Assembly (NCBI RefSeq): GCF_025526975.1
Contig: NW_026515670.1
Span: 434,001 to 498,000, forward strand
Length of the DNA: 64,000 nt
From: Fimicolochytrium jonesii
Lineage: Eukaryota
Reading direction: 5' to 3'
In this document: in pieces, positions 11,013 through 23,290 of the stretch
Numbering within the stretch: the first letter of the stretch is position 1
Layout of the letters: every line of letters begins with the position of its first letter
The notes under the pieces: model-generated
Databases searched by the model: none
What the model was told of the DNA's origin: nothing
Seen by the model: the letters and a program-made list of their open reading frames with translations, nothing else
Position numbers and translations under genes: made by a program

Positions 11013-11246
11013 TGCCGCGGGGACAAGGACCATGGCCCCCCACGACCAGCTGAGGCCGATTCATCTCTACCTCATATCGGCGTGGATCTGATTGCCATCA
11101 TGGTGACCACCGGTGACGCCAGCCGCTCCAGTAGAGCCATGCGCACTCCTCATGGCCGACACCTGTGTTAGCTCCACATCAAGTAGCAGCGGGGAGCGAC
11201 TGACAGGTGCGGTCGGTGTCGGAGTGACACTTGGCTCTAAGGGGGG

Positions 11247-11465
11247 TGTAATGAGGTGCTGCAGGTGTCACCTTAGTGCGGGGAAGCCCGTAGGGCATGA
11301 GATCACGTGTAGCATAGATTATATTGGAGTCCTACGCTCTGGGGTGACTCCCTAAGGGAAGAAAAGCCTTTGGGCGGCGCCCCGGGAGGTAGAAACTCTG
11401 AGATTCTTTCATTACATTGAGCGGAGACAGAGCTAGCCTCTGGCAATGGACCTAGCATTCTTACA
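11247..11465 (+). repeat. 3' LTR of gypsy element A
   Basis: TGTAATG...TTACA, preceded by a PPT and homologous to 3696-3883. Confidence 0.92.
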
Positions 11466-12044
11466 CGGACCCCCTGGACCACCTCCCCCGCCGTTTCCGT
11501 CACCGTCTCCATCATCACTCGAAGACGAATCATCCATGTGCTTTCGCAAGTACGTGAGTCGCTTCATCAACTTGTCTCACTCTCGTCTCTCGGCCGCATC
11601 ACTGCGGCGCTTTGCCTCTTTCGTCTTTTCTTTCGATATGCAGCCTTTTGCCTTATATCGTGACTCCGAGACTGCCTTACACCCAAGGTAGTCTGCCTCC
11701 TCCATCAATGCCTCGAACGACCCCTTCTTTTGCTTTGATCGATCCAGCTTTGCCTTCGTAAACGCCAGGGGCTTTGCGAGGTTCTCATGGTTATCCTTCC
11801 GGTACCTCAACGTGGCCACCTCTGTCGCCAATCAAAGAGCTTCTCTCACTCGGGCTTTCGACATCGAAGAGTCGCTTGCAGACGCTGCGGACGATGCGTG
11901 CGTAGAGCGCGTTGTCGGTCGTGAGGGTCCCGGCGGAGGTGCAGCTGGAGGGGCTGCTGGGGTCCCCGACTTACGGCCCGTTTGCTTCTTCTTGCCGTCG
12001 CCGCTCTTCTTGCCACTCCCGCCGTTCTTGCCTCCCTTCGCCAT
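11466..12044 (-). pseudogene. antisense accessory ORF, copy 2 (two CGA>TGA stops, 3' end cut at the gypsy LTR)
   Basis: ORFs 11832-12044 and 11577-11831 are in frame and homologous to 2797-3450. TATAAAA lies at 12143-12137 on the minus strand. Confidence 0.7.
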
Positions 12045-12566
12045 TGTTTCGCGTATCGTGTGGTCGTCTGGGATATGGTAGTTGAGTATGGGAACTTTGG
12101 TCTCACCTCTCTGGGGCGACTGACAGCTGTCTCTTGTTTTATACTCGCGGCGTTTCCCTCTTCTTTCATTTTACTCTTTCATTTCTTTCATTTTAGTCAT
12201 AGCTATTCACCCGACGTCCGCCCGCTTTTCCCGTACGGCCGCACCATTGTACTCATTGTTTAGCTTTATCTTTCACTTAGATAGACTCGTGAGTTTGAGT
12301 GGGGGTGTTGGAGGTATCATCCTCCCGAGTCCCCGGTTAGGGTTCCCGTAGTTTATTTCCTCACGTGACTCCCCTCCCGCTTACGCCACACTTCCGAGTA
12401 CGGGACTTCACTCTTTTCTTCCCTTTCGGACCTTGTGTCCTCATTACACCACAGACTTTTCTAAACAAGACAATACATACTTCACAGTACTACATCTCAC
12501 ACAACATAGAGTTTGCTCAGTCATCTGCTTCCTCTGCCGACTACTGCTAAGTGCTCAGTTCCAGCA
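11466..12566 (+). mobile_element. 3' end of a copia-type element (second copy): antisense ORF, PPT and LTR
   Basis: 11466-12289 is a diverged copy of 2873-3695. It is followed by TTGAGTGGGGG (PPT) and an LTR at 12306-12566 with ends TGTTGGA...TCCAGCA. Confidence 0.8.
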
Positions 12567-12638
12567 CAACGGGGAGAATTAGGAGGAGGAGGAGGAGGAA
12601 GGCGGAGGGTTGGCGGATGGACTGGCTGATGGAGGCAA

Positions 12639-12851
12639 GGAGTAGATTCACTTCCTTAGAACGATCTGAATTTTGCAGCGTATGAACTTGGTGCGGCGTA
12701 TGAACTTGGTGCGGCGGATGACCTTGGATGGGGACCCATATGAACTTGAGTAGGTAGTTGCGTATGAAGTTATAAATCAGCATGTGAATAAGAAAAAAAT
12801 GTTCGTATCAAAATATACTTCTCTATGTGAACTGAAAATGCGTTCAGGATA
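12639..12851 (+). repeat. dispersed repeat, possibly a DNA-transposon end; inverted partner at 35033-35205
   Basis: GGAGTAGATTCACTTCCTTAGAACGATCTGA...GCGTTCAGGATA matches the reverse complement of 35033-35205. It has internal GCGTATGAACTTG subrepeats. Confidence 0.8.
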
Positions 12852-13071
12852 TGTCGCACATCGCCGCAATCAGGGATCAACCAAGATTCAACAACAGCAT
12901 TAAAAACACTGTAGCTTTGGCGGCTTTCACATGGCCAAAACACCCTGGGCGCAAACGCACGCTCTGTGTACGCGATCGATCCCGGACAGCTCTCATCGAT
13001 TTTACATGGTCATGTGACTAGCAGACAGAGTTATTAGGATCCTCTTGCCATCCACCCTACTCGGTAAGTTC

Positions 13072-13240
13072 TGTTGCCATCGGAAAGGAACACTTTATCG
13101 ACACGGATATCGATTCTCACCTTGGTTCCCCACCTCCCCCGAAACACCTCAGTATGTCTGGACTTTGTTGCCATCGGAAAGGAACACATCTCGACACGGA
13201 TATCGATTCTCACCTTGGTTCGCCACCTCCCCCGAAACAC
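13072..13240 (+). repeat. direct duplication of about 75 bp (period 94 bp)
   Basis: TGTTGCCATCGGAAAGGAACAC...CACCTCCCCCGAAACAC starts at 13072 and at 13166. Confidence 0.85.
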
Positions 13241-13382
13241 GCCAACGTTGCGGAATCAGGACTATGTGGGAAGCTAGTATAGAAAGTGATGTATTCCTCT
13301 CCACATGCCATGCTTCTATAGTCCCGTCTCCCTTGGCTCTCGGAGCTGCGCTCGGAAAACAGTGCCACTGAAAACGGGTCGC

Positions 13383-14994
13383 TCATCCTTCCTCGTCGTG
13401 GGGGACGCCTGCACTGGGAGCCATCGTCTGCCAGCCTGATATCGCCCCGACTGTCCACGCTGGTTCGCTGCCTGGTACAGACACGTCGTTTGCCTTAGAC
13501 GATCGCTTCTTTTTGCTTGACCCGCCTGTAGCCACCCCGGAGCCTGGGACAGCCGCCGCTTCTTTCTGCTTGGTTTCGCAGACAAATCTGCCGGAGGGTG
13601 CATATGTTAGCTTTCCGACAGTGCGTTCGGTTGTTGCCAAGATTGCTATGGTGTTTTACCCATATAGGATAAAGCCCGAAATAGTGAGCATCAACGCTGG
13701 AGCGCAGAAATTCCATAACAAGCAAAACAGTATGGAAATCCCCTGAGCTCCGGTCAAAATCCTGAGACATATTCCAATTTAAGCGAAATCCATCCACTCA
13801 TCAGAGTTTCAGAAAATGGGTTTTGGTCAAATTTTCATACCGTTCCTGCTGCGTAGCGTAAGCGACGATCGCTAATACATAGCATGCCAGAACCCCTGAG
13901 AGGGATATCGTGATGTAGAGAAGCTGTATTGGATTCCCAATCAGACACGAATGGAAACCAAGGTTAGGTAGATGAGCCGACATACTTTGCGACGTACAGC
14001 TTCCAGCGTCCGAACACGCCCACTGTAGTTCCCATTCTGCTTGATTTCATTTGTTGTCAAATACAAAAGGCGATTGAGCTGGCGCCCGAAGAAAACGAAT
14101 GAGGCAAAGGCGAGGGAAGTCCAGATTCTAACGAGATATGGTATTTATCGTTGCGGGGAGCCGTTGATCAAATGGTTATGCGGTGGTTTACGCAGTACTC
14201 ACCCCCATATCCAATAGTGTGCCGAAGTAACCTTCCGCCCCATATCCATGTCTTTATGATCCATGTAGTAGCCAGCCACTCTGCTAAGATAATTCAGAAA
14301 CATAGTCATCGAACGGAAGCGGCAAAACGGACTTACCCCGCAAGTGTATTTGCGAGGACCGTGGGAACTACGATCATAAAAATGCAGAAGGCATTCATTT
14401 GGCTTCCCCTTGGCAGATAGACCTTTGACTGATCTGCAACCGCTATCCGTTCAGGGGTCGCAAATATCCTGGATAGTTTGGTCAGCAGTGGAACACGCTA
14501 CAGGTCGGAATATCAAGGATTCCTCACAGCCCGATAAGGTAGAGGACGCAACTCGAATAGCCGAATCCCCATGGCCATTCATGGAAAGCCTCCATGATAT
14601 ATCCTTCGTTACGGACGTGCCCATACCCGAGGACTCCAGAAATCATCATCGCACAGAACAGCGTCCGCCCTGGTCGCAGTGATAAGGAAGTGTTTAGCAT
14701 GCGTGATCGGTTCGACAGGGAGACACTCCTTGAAGCCTCACCTATCATAAAAACGAAAGCGCAGGCTACATATCCGGGCAGAGGATGCGGTCGAAATACA
14801 CCCCCTTCAAATTGGAATACTTTTCCTTTCTTCACCCTGAGGAGGTGGAACAAAATGCCCCCGTAGATAATCGTCGTTATGCCGCTCGCAACTAGGTTGA
14901 CCTCGTACACCTTATGCACCCAGGGCCTTCCCTCTCCCAGTAGCGAAACACGCCAGTCGGCGTACGGGAAGAACGGGTTATGTAGCTCATCCAT
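13383..14994 (-). CDS. hypothetical multi-exon, multi-pass membrane protein
   Basis: Successive minus-strand ORF pieces with hydrophobic helices (LVASGITTIIYGGILFHLL; LLYITISLSGVLACYVLAIVAY), GTGAG/GTAAG donors between them, and a polar C-terminal tail. The exon structure is not fully resolved. Confidence 0.55.
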
Positions 14995-15943
14995 GTCGTG
15001 AAAAGCAGGGAGGAGTAACACCTTGGAGCTCCTGGAACTGCTGCACCACCGCCTTTCACTTTATGGAAAGATGCCGCCGCCTGACGGGAATCCAGCCAGA
15101 ATCCCCGCCCTGATCCCCGCCCATACTTTTCCGCCCGAGTCCCCAGGACTGCCTGCCAGTTTGGTTAACCTTATCGACACCGTCACCTGGTTTTGAAAGT
15201 GTCCACCAGGCGCCGACGCGCTGGCCGACGCGGTTGGAAAGCAAGTTCCGCCTCCCAGTTCAGCAGTTCAGAGCTTTCAGAGAGTTCAGCCCAGTTCCTC
15301 CGTTCATGCTGCCAGGTAGGATAATTCTTGACAGCGCATGCCTATGATGATTGTAAGACGATTGTCGAAGGAAAAGTGGACGAATGCGAGTCGATGATGA
15401 GGATGCAAGTCCCGAGGAGGTGCCAGGACAATCTGAAGACCAGCTTTATGCTTGGGAGAAGAAAGCCCTTGTATACGAAGTGACCAACCCAACAGTACCT
15501 GCATTGTACAGTACCTCAACCTCTGGCCTGTTGTGGGTAGGAGCAAGAGTGTAGTTGCAAATTTCGCGCGAACAGTGAGCAACAGTGGATGCCAATGCTG
15601 TGAAAGCTACATCACCGAAGGTGGTTCCAGCAGAGACGAAACCTGCGTTAAAAAGTGCGGGACCTCTGCAGCTCAAAGTCTTGTCTCTCCTAGAGCCGTA
15701 AATGGCAGCATCTGCCATTGAATACGTAGTTCGCGGTCGAGAACTTGCGGGAAGAGTTTGTGAATAATGAGCAGTAAGGAGCGTGTATTGAGCGGAATTG
15801 CGAAGAGAATGTAATGTATTCAAACTGACGAACTACTACTGCTAAGGCAGATCACCTCAATGAGCGATCGGTTCAAAAGACACAACAGGCTACGACTCAT
15901 TACTAAGAGATGAGGGCGAGATTGCGACCAGGGCTACACTAGA

Positions 15944-17116
15944 TCAGACGGCAGCGGCTTCAACTTCCTTCTTGTTGAACTCTGCAGGATAAGGGATGCG
16001 GGTGGAAGTGAAGAAGGTGATTAATCGCAACAGATGTCGGACGAGCCGGCTGCTCAAAGTATCCTTACGGTTCTGATCGTGTTTCTTCACGTTGTTGTAG
16101 TTGTTGTTGTCTGAAATGCGTCGTTGTGATGAGAAAGGGAGAGCAAACGGCGGCAATGAGTAGTCTGTTGTGCTTACTCTGGTCCTTCTTTTGAGCGCTG
16201 TTATGATCTATAGCGAGAAGACGGGATGGATGGAGATGGGGACGTGGATTAATCGCAACGACTAGCGGGCGTTGAACTCAGGGCAGATATGTCCTACGGT
16301 TCTTGTTGTTTTGATTGAGATGATCCTTCTCGAAGTTGTTCTCTGGTTGCAGCCAGTGTTAGAGGTGCGCCTGAGAGCGAGTAAGAAGAGAACTCTAACC
16401 TTGATTGACCTTCTCCAGAATCTGATTGCGCTGGTTGGCCTCGATATGATCCCTGAACGGGGAACCGAAAAGGTGATATGTTTAGATATACACATATTTA
16501 CACAGAGCACATGACGGCAGCGATACGCACTCTTGCAAGTTGTTATGAGCGTTTTTGTTGGTGTTTTGATTGGCGTGGTGCTGATTTTGGTTGGCGGAGT
16601 TTTTATGCGCATTGTGCTGTTTGGGATGGTCAGCCAGCGCTCCCCAAAGTTCCCAACGGTCTAAGGACTTACCTGGCTGTTCTTCTGGATGTTATGCTCG
16701 TCCTTGTAACCTGCGGCCTGGACTTCCTCAACGTCGGCTTCATACAAGAATCCTGTGGTCGAGGGATAAAATGATTAACATCGGCAGCGAAAGGCAACTC
16801 TCTCCTGCATTCTCCCAACCTTTCTTTCCATATCCATAGAAGGGCTTTTTTCCGTCGAAGTCGTTCTTCTTAAAATCGAAGTCAATCTTCTTTCCGTCGA
16901 AGTCGTTCTTTTCAAAGTCATTGGCCCAATTTCCTTTCACACCGGCGGCTTCAACCTGCACAGATGAGAAAGACATTTACGTTATGTCTGTGCATATTTA
17001 TGTCAATAATCACCCTGTATGAGATGGCAACTTACAGCCCCAGCGGGAGTCGGAGCGGCATAGATGCTCACGATCGATTGAGCGATGGACGCAATGACAA
17101 GGAGTGTGGCCTTCAT
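15944..17116 (-). CDS. secreted Asn/Gln/His/Lys-rich low-complexity protein, 9 exons, 196 aa
   Basis: Exons 17116-17036, 16955-16820, 16752-16673, 16616-16531, 16452-16400, 16342-16298, 16207-16178, 16110-16069, 15981-15944 join in frame (591 nt) through eight GT-AG introns. Signal peptide MKATLLVIASIAQSIVSIYA; TATAAA at 17256-17251. Confidence 0.85.
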
Positions 17117-17877
17117 GCTGATGATGTTTTGAGAGTAGATTGGGGAGAAGTGTATCGGATTTCGGTGATTTGAAAGGATGCTTGTAGTAGCTTCAGGCAA
17201 GAAGTAGAGGAAGGCGATGATGAGAAGGGAATCGCTCGGCTGCTGCCGGCTTTATAGCCGACGAGCCACGCCAAGAATTGAACACACCACGTATCATTTT
17301 CGCATAAACATGCCAAAACCCTATGGCAGCGTACAGCGTGCTTCCAAACCAAATCCAATGTGGTGAAAAGCTGCGGAGATTAAGTTTTAAGGTGTAGTCG
17401 GCAAATTAGCTTTCAAGGTTTCGTGAGCACGGTCCATGCAACAAAAAAAGGGCACTTAAAGTTTGGAGGTAAACCTTCTGGAGGTCGAACCCAATTTCGA
17501 GTACTCCACAAGTCTCTCTCTCGAGAAATGCTCTAGCTTGCATGACGAGAAAGCGCTCCACATTCACCTGCACCGGGCGATGGTTTCAGTTTGCCTTTGA
17601 AGTTTGGGAAAGGTGTGTAGAAGGGCCAGCGACTGCCCTGCAGCGGGAAATGAGGCACCGTCATGTCACGCCCAGCAAGTCGGCTTGACATTTTGCCTGC
17701 TCGCAAGGAAGTGCGCTTTCAGAGCTTTCCACAAGTACCTCTCATATCTCATATCTTATAATGAAAGTATACCCCTGGAAACCATTTCAGCGTGTGGAGA
17801 GAACTGGTTATAAGAACTGACATCTTGTTGACAGGAGGGACGCGCTGTCGGTTTTTGTCAAACATGCCAGATAAGTA

Positions 17878-18219
17878 CAGTCAGTGTCCATAAAGCTGCG
17901 TCCCCCTAGGCGTCCCCCCCATAATTGATTTCAATGTCCGTTTCACAAAGCGAGGTCGCGCGTTTCCCAGCGGCAAGCAAACCTGAAAGGCAAGACGAAC
18001 GTGGCCCCCAGCCAGAGCTAACAGCCAACCAGACAGCCAGCGGCACCGGGAGGGATTAGAGCCCTACTCTAGAACCCTAATACCTAGCGGTGGCGCCGTC
18101 GAGTGCTGGGGTTGTCAAAAAGTTGGAGGCGATGTCGGCCTCTCGGATGGCTGTTTTGCTCTGGGGGCCGACACTCTGACTTAATCTTGGGGGGGACCCA
18201 GCTTTATGGACACTGACTG
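17878..18219. mobile_element. Tc1/mariner-type MITE
   Basis: 28-bp TIR CAGTCAGTGTCCATAAAGCTG(C/G)GTCCCC with one mismatch, TA on both sides (17876-77, 18220-21), and no ORF. Confidence 0.92.
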
Positions 18220-18323
18220 TACGTGGATCTGAACTAAACTCCTCCCATCTATAGGCGCGAGGTTGAAAACTCTATGCGTGTATGCAGAAGCGAGGAGGGA
18301 ACGAAGGGCGAGTGGGATCTAGC

Positions 18324-21300
18324 TCAGAGAAGCTCCCTTACAAGCACTGGCTTCCTTACGGCATTGGAGAACCCTTCATTGAACTTGTAGCTAATAGTGG
18401 GATACCGCCGTTCTTCCACTTTCGGGCTCGTGGGTGTTGATGCAGAAAGTCCTAGAGGTGGAGAAACGTGCGTCAGTTTTTCAATAAGTGCACCGGCGTT
18501 CCCGGAATTGCCGAAGATCCTAGGTACAAGAAGTATGTTTTTTTCAGCCTAATTACCTTCAGTCTGCATGTCTTGTGCGGCATTCGGTGTGGTTGCGGTG
18601 AGTCTCCCGAAGAAATCCCGCTCAGGCTACGAAAACCGTGAAGGCATATCAATTTGAGCACGCAACTGGGACAAAGTTATCAAACGAACCTTGTATTCGT
18701 CTTTCGTTGTCCCAGATCTTGGGATCAAATCTTTTACGACCTTAGGTTTGAGCCGCGTCGTTGTAGTTACGCCGACGTTCTTGACATCCCCAGACCGATC
18801 ACTCAACTGTCGGCCGTTCCGATAGTCCGCAGGGACAGTCGACTTGTTCTCGATAGCGGCTGCATCAGTCACTGGTTCCGAGCGTCGGATTATTTCGCGA
18901 TCAATCTGGACAATTCAGATGAGGTTGTGCCCACGTCGCCCTGATGCAGTGAAAAACAATGCAATCTTCGCACCTCCATCGAGATCATTTGCTTCAGAGC
19001 GTTTGAGGCCCCGAGTGCTCGCTTGTTTGACAGTGCGAGCGCAAGGGACGACCCACTTTGTTTTATTTGAGCGGTTAAGGACCGCGCAAAGAGCTCCAGT
19101 GGTCTATAGGTATCAATATATGCATCGTCAGCACTCGAGCGGATCTTCAATATAGGAGGATAGGACAACTCAGGTTGACAGGTCCACCTACGGATCAAGA
19201 TGAAATGCGAACGCCCCTTCTTCTGTCCTGTCATGTCGAAAGCGTAGCCCGAAAGAAGCCATAATATCTACCAGCCGATGAAAGGCTTGCGCTTCGGCTG
19301 GTTTCATCAAACGCGTATTGACCTGTGTGTAACAATGATATCAGTCCCCAACCCGGCATCACGGGCCCCACCGCTCAAAAATCTCGCACTATCGAGACAT
19401 CAATCGCATACCAGACGGATTTCGGGAGAGATAATGGAAAGTAGATAGGATACGAGATGAACCACCACCGTTTCAACATTATTCCAGCACCGGCGGAACA
19501 GGGGCGGCATTCCGTGAAGCAGGTTCAGCATGATATTCTTGTTAGCTTTAGTCGAGGCGGCGACCTGAGCCAATAGGAAAACGATCAGAAAGGGTCGCTG
19601 ATAAAAGCCCAACCACTCTTCGCCGGATCACAGAGAAGGAAAGGTACGTACCAAAGCTTCGCGTCTCGGATACTCCAACCTCAAACGCGATGCGCTGGAA
19701 AACAGCCGGTGGAAGGTAATGGGAATGAATGGCACATATGGCGCGACTTCGTATCTATGCCGGACGTTAACAAGGTAATCGAGTGTATCGTGGAAGGCAA
19801 GCCAATCGAGGGCCCGCTCAATTTTGCTCTTTGGGACGGCTGTGCACAACGAGGTAGACATAGAGTTGTGACCACGGCTCGACGCAGTATCGAAAATGTT
19901 TGTGCGCAGATAGTTTTCAAAGCATCCTGCAGCGGTAGGAGAAGCCTATATCAGAACATACTAGTATCTCACGCTTGGGTGTGGACTGTTTACCTTGCGT
20001 AATCCTATCATATTCCCCGTTTGCCGTCACCAGCGAGTGCAACCTTTGAATGAACTTCCCATCCCTTTTGCTTCCTGAAGACATTGTCAATGAAACGACA
20101 GTCCATCTGAATGACATGTGACCACCGCTCACGGACGCGGTCGACGCACCTTGACCAAGGCCGTTTGCAGCGGACATTTGTCGTCGTCCGCTTGTGTTCG
20201 CCGATGCAAACAATTCTTGCCAGACAAGAAACAGTCCTTTCCCCATGTCCTTTTGCCCGACATCCGCCTTTGCAAGATGTTCCAAGGTGAGGACGTTGGT
20301 TTTGCGCCGCAGGAATTGAAGGGTATTGATGCAGCTCCGGATGTCGCCGTCCGTCATTTCGCAGAGTGAAGTCAATGTGCGCAGATCAGCCTGGAGACCC
20401 TCCCATCGGCACACTTCATGCAGTCTCTTGGCAAGGATTTTCATTGTCGGAGGCTTGAACGTAATCATCTTGACATAAGGGCGAAGCACGCGGAGAACAG
20501 GGGCATATCTGGGGCCGATCCGTGAAAATCGTCAGCTCATATTCGCGCGTTTAATTTTCAGGTGAACGTACGGGTCGTTGCAGATGCAAATGATCGGACG
20601 CAACAAGGATCGCCTGCCCTTCTTGTCTCCCTTCTTCGAATAAGCTCGATCCGCCCTCTTTCCCTGCGGATGCACGTAATCCACCAGCAGTTTCATGAAG
20701 TTCTGTTGGGACGAAGCACATGTCAGGTGGAACATCGTGACGAGACGTAACAATGTCTACCCACCTGATCTTCTTGCCCACTTGAGCTGGCTCCGTCAAT
20801 TTCGTCAATGACAAGGAGACTGGGTTTCTTCGTTCCCATGACAGACTGTGTTTCAAGAGCTCCCACAAGTTTATTTTTTATCGCCCCCCCTGTTCGATCA
20901 TCACTGCGACAACGCGTAGAAGTGCGTTAGGGTTTTATCACCTGCGAGGACCATGGATTGTGCTCACTCACCTGGCATTGATTTCTGCCACGCTGTATCC
21001 CGCATGTCGTGCGATGACATGCGCTAGCGTCGTTTTGCCAAGTCCAGGGGCCCCCGTCAACAGGAGTATCTAGAGATGCCCATGGTAAGTCAGGCTACTC
21101 CCGTCGTTAAGTGCTCAAGAGAAGATGGCACACTTCAGCTTACTTTCTGTTCCGGTCGTCGAAGGGGATCCGTCCACTTTCCCCAAACTTCAATTTAGCA
21201 AGGTGTGAAACGTGACACCAGCATGGACCTAACAAGCGGACTAACCTGTGTCTGCTCTGCTTTGTTGTACATTGCCGTCTTGCTGACTTTCTTGAAAACA

Positions 21301-23084
21301 CAGTAATCCCACTCCTTTACCCACATGAGGACCTCACGATTGACTCGCTGTAGGGAAACATCCTATCAGCTTATGCAGGTGTCGCCCCTTGGCTGACTAT
21401 GTCCTGGATGAGCAACCCACCTCGTCCCCAACAAGATCAATGTACATTCGTGGTGCGTATTTGTCGACCCAAAGCCTTTCTTTCGATGCCCCGTCCTTGG
21501 ACAAGATATTTTCTGCAATAATGGACCTTCCTCGCGCGTCGACCAAATCCCTCTCAGCGGCTGGATTCGCCTTTTCAGCACCGATCTCATCCAGTAGACT
21601 GTAAACGGATGTTCGGCCAAGAAGGTTTGCCTTAGCTGTTACGGTGTCGACGGGATTGGCCGTCGCGTTCGTCCGGCGATGTGGGAAGTAAAGCCGTGCT
21701 CCTCCAGTAGATGTGGCCATTCGGAAGCGGTTGGTATTGGCAGGCAGAATGTGGTAGTTTTTGGTTGGAAACTGCATGAGTGCTCTTGATTCGGGCATCG
21801 ACGTCGAGCTAGGCGCGGCGGCTTCCCATACATTTGCCGACATGCTATCGATCTCAATCGGTGCGGAAGATGCATCTGCTGTCACCGGGTGGTGTGGAGG
21901 GGCAATGTCGGCTTGTCGCATAATGCGTGACGCATGCACTGAAGGACCACCATCCTCCTCGTCAGAGTCCGGATATTCAAGTGTCTGTTGTTGAAATGAA
22001 TGCGACTGTTCCCCTACTTGATCTGGTCGCCTCACGGCGTTGCTCTGCGTAGCACGGGCCGCACCCCTGCTCCGAAACTCCTTGGGCATCGCACTTGCGC
22101 TCGCCTTGACACCCAGCTCATCATCTTCAGATACCCCACCCAAGGAGATGCGCTTTGTGGGCCTAAGGAGTTTGATCTCGTCTAGTGGCCTTTTCCTGCT
22201 TGCATCCAATATTTTCCGCCTTTCTGATGGCAACGCCCCCGTAATCCCCGGTAGAAGATGTCCAGGCAGATCAGCAGACACTTGATTCGCGGTGTGCTTG
22301 CCAAGCCAGCTGTTCCTGAAAGCATCGAAAGCAGTCTCATTCTCCGCATTTGATTTCCGATCAGAGTTTTTCGACGGTTGGGAACGATCGGGGATGTTCG
22401 CCCGCGGCGGCAAATTCCCTCCAGGAGCCACCTTCCCCGAATCAACGGCTGCATCCTCGTCGGAATCGTCGTCAAATGTGAAAGCTCGATTACTGAAAGT
22501 ATTCCGTTTCGTAATCGGACCGCCCGCCGTCGAAGTCTGTCTCGCTTCGAAAACGTTTATTCCCCACTGTGATGATCCAGCGCTAAAATCCATCACGTTC
22601 TCGGATTCGCCGAAGCTCAAGGCGGTGAGAGGCTCCATGCTGGCTGCGGATCGCGTAGGATGGGAGCTGACGACGGGCAAGCTGCTTCTGATTTGAAAGT
22701 TACTCGGCATTGGTGTGGGCTGCTCCATTCGTGAGCTGGGTGAGGTGAAAGTCGGCGGGGAAGACGAAAACGGGTCCGTACACTGGTCTGCACCGTTGAA
22801 GTTAACCTCGAGTCGCAACCCATCGAAAACGACCGGAGGTTGGCAATCACCTGGTGGTCTTTGTTGAGGCAGTAGTGCACTTGCTGCGGCTCCGCCGTAC
22901 CGTTTCAAAGGGGAAGGGAATCGCCCTGACAAAGGACATTTGCCGGGTGAATGGACGGACAGGAATGAGGCACACATGCGAGAACGGCCTTACCCGACTG
23001 CTCGCTCTCCATAGCTAGCATAGCGTCCATCTCCTCGCCATGTTCCGCCTCCCACACATCCATATCTTCTAGTGGTTCGTCCAT
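18324..23084 (-). CDS. CTF18: chromosome transmission fidelity protein 18 (RFC-like clamp loader subunit), multi-exon
   Basis: LWVDKYAPRMYIDLVGDE, Walker A GAPGLGKTTLAHVIA, EINAS, RPIICICND, GDIRSCINTL and C-terminal YKFNEGFSNAVRKP. The start exon MDEPLED is inferred. Confidence 0.93.
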
Positions 23085-23197
23085 TCTGTCTGCACTGCAG
23101 CTGCTCGCAATGTGAAGGGCATGTTTTGGGTAGCTGAGCTTGGTTGAGGGGGCGTGCGCCCGTTCGGACATGATCCGGAAAATAACGCGTTGGATTA

Positions 23198-23290
23198 CAA
23201 GTTGCCTTCATCGGCGACGCCTCAGGCAGAGGTACAATGATGTGGATGGCAGATAACCACCACGGAAAATGGGATGGGGTGAAATCTAGA
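23198..23290 (-). ncRNA. candidate Fanzor omegaRNA scaffold / element right end
   Basis: About 90 nt directly 3' of the Fanzor stop, with two hairpins (GTGG-TGG...CCA-T-CCAC; TGCCT...GGCGTCGCC...AGGCA), ending at a TA (23197-23196). The position matches described Fanzor loci; the boundaries are inferred. Confidence 0.45.

Larger units (their letters stand above)
3696..11465 (+). mobile_element. Ty3/gypsy chromovirus LTR retrotransposon (element A), degenerate
   Basis: Two homologous LTRs (3696-3883, 11247-11465), PBS TGGTAGCACC directly after the 5' LTR, PPT AAGGGGGG at 11239-11246, and gag-PR-RT-RH-IN-chromodomain order. Confidence 0.95.

Noticed and set aside
15452..15721. Small Cys-containing ORF (GCQCCES...CVKKC)
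   Set aside because: No ATG, signal peptide or convincing splice structure was found.
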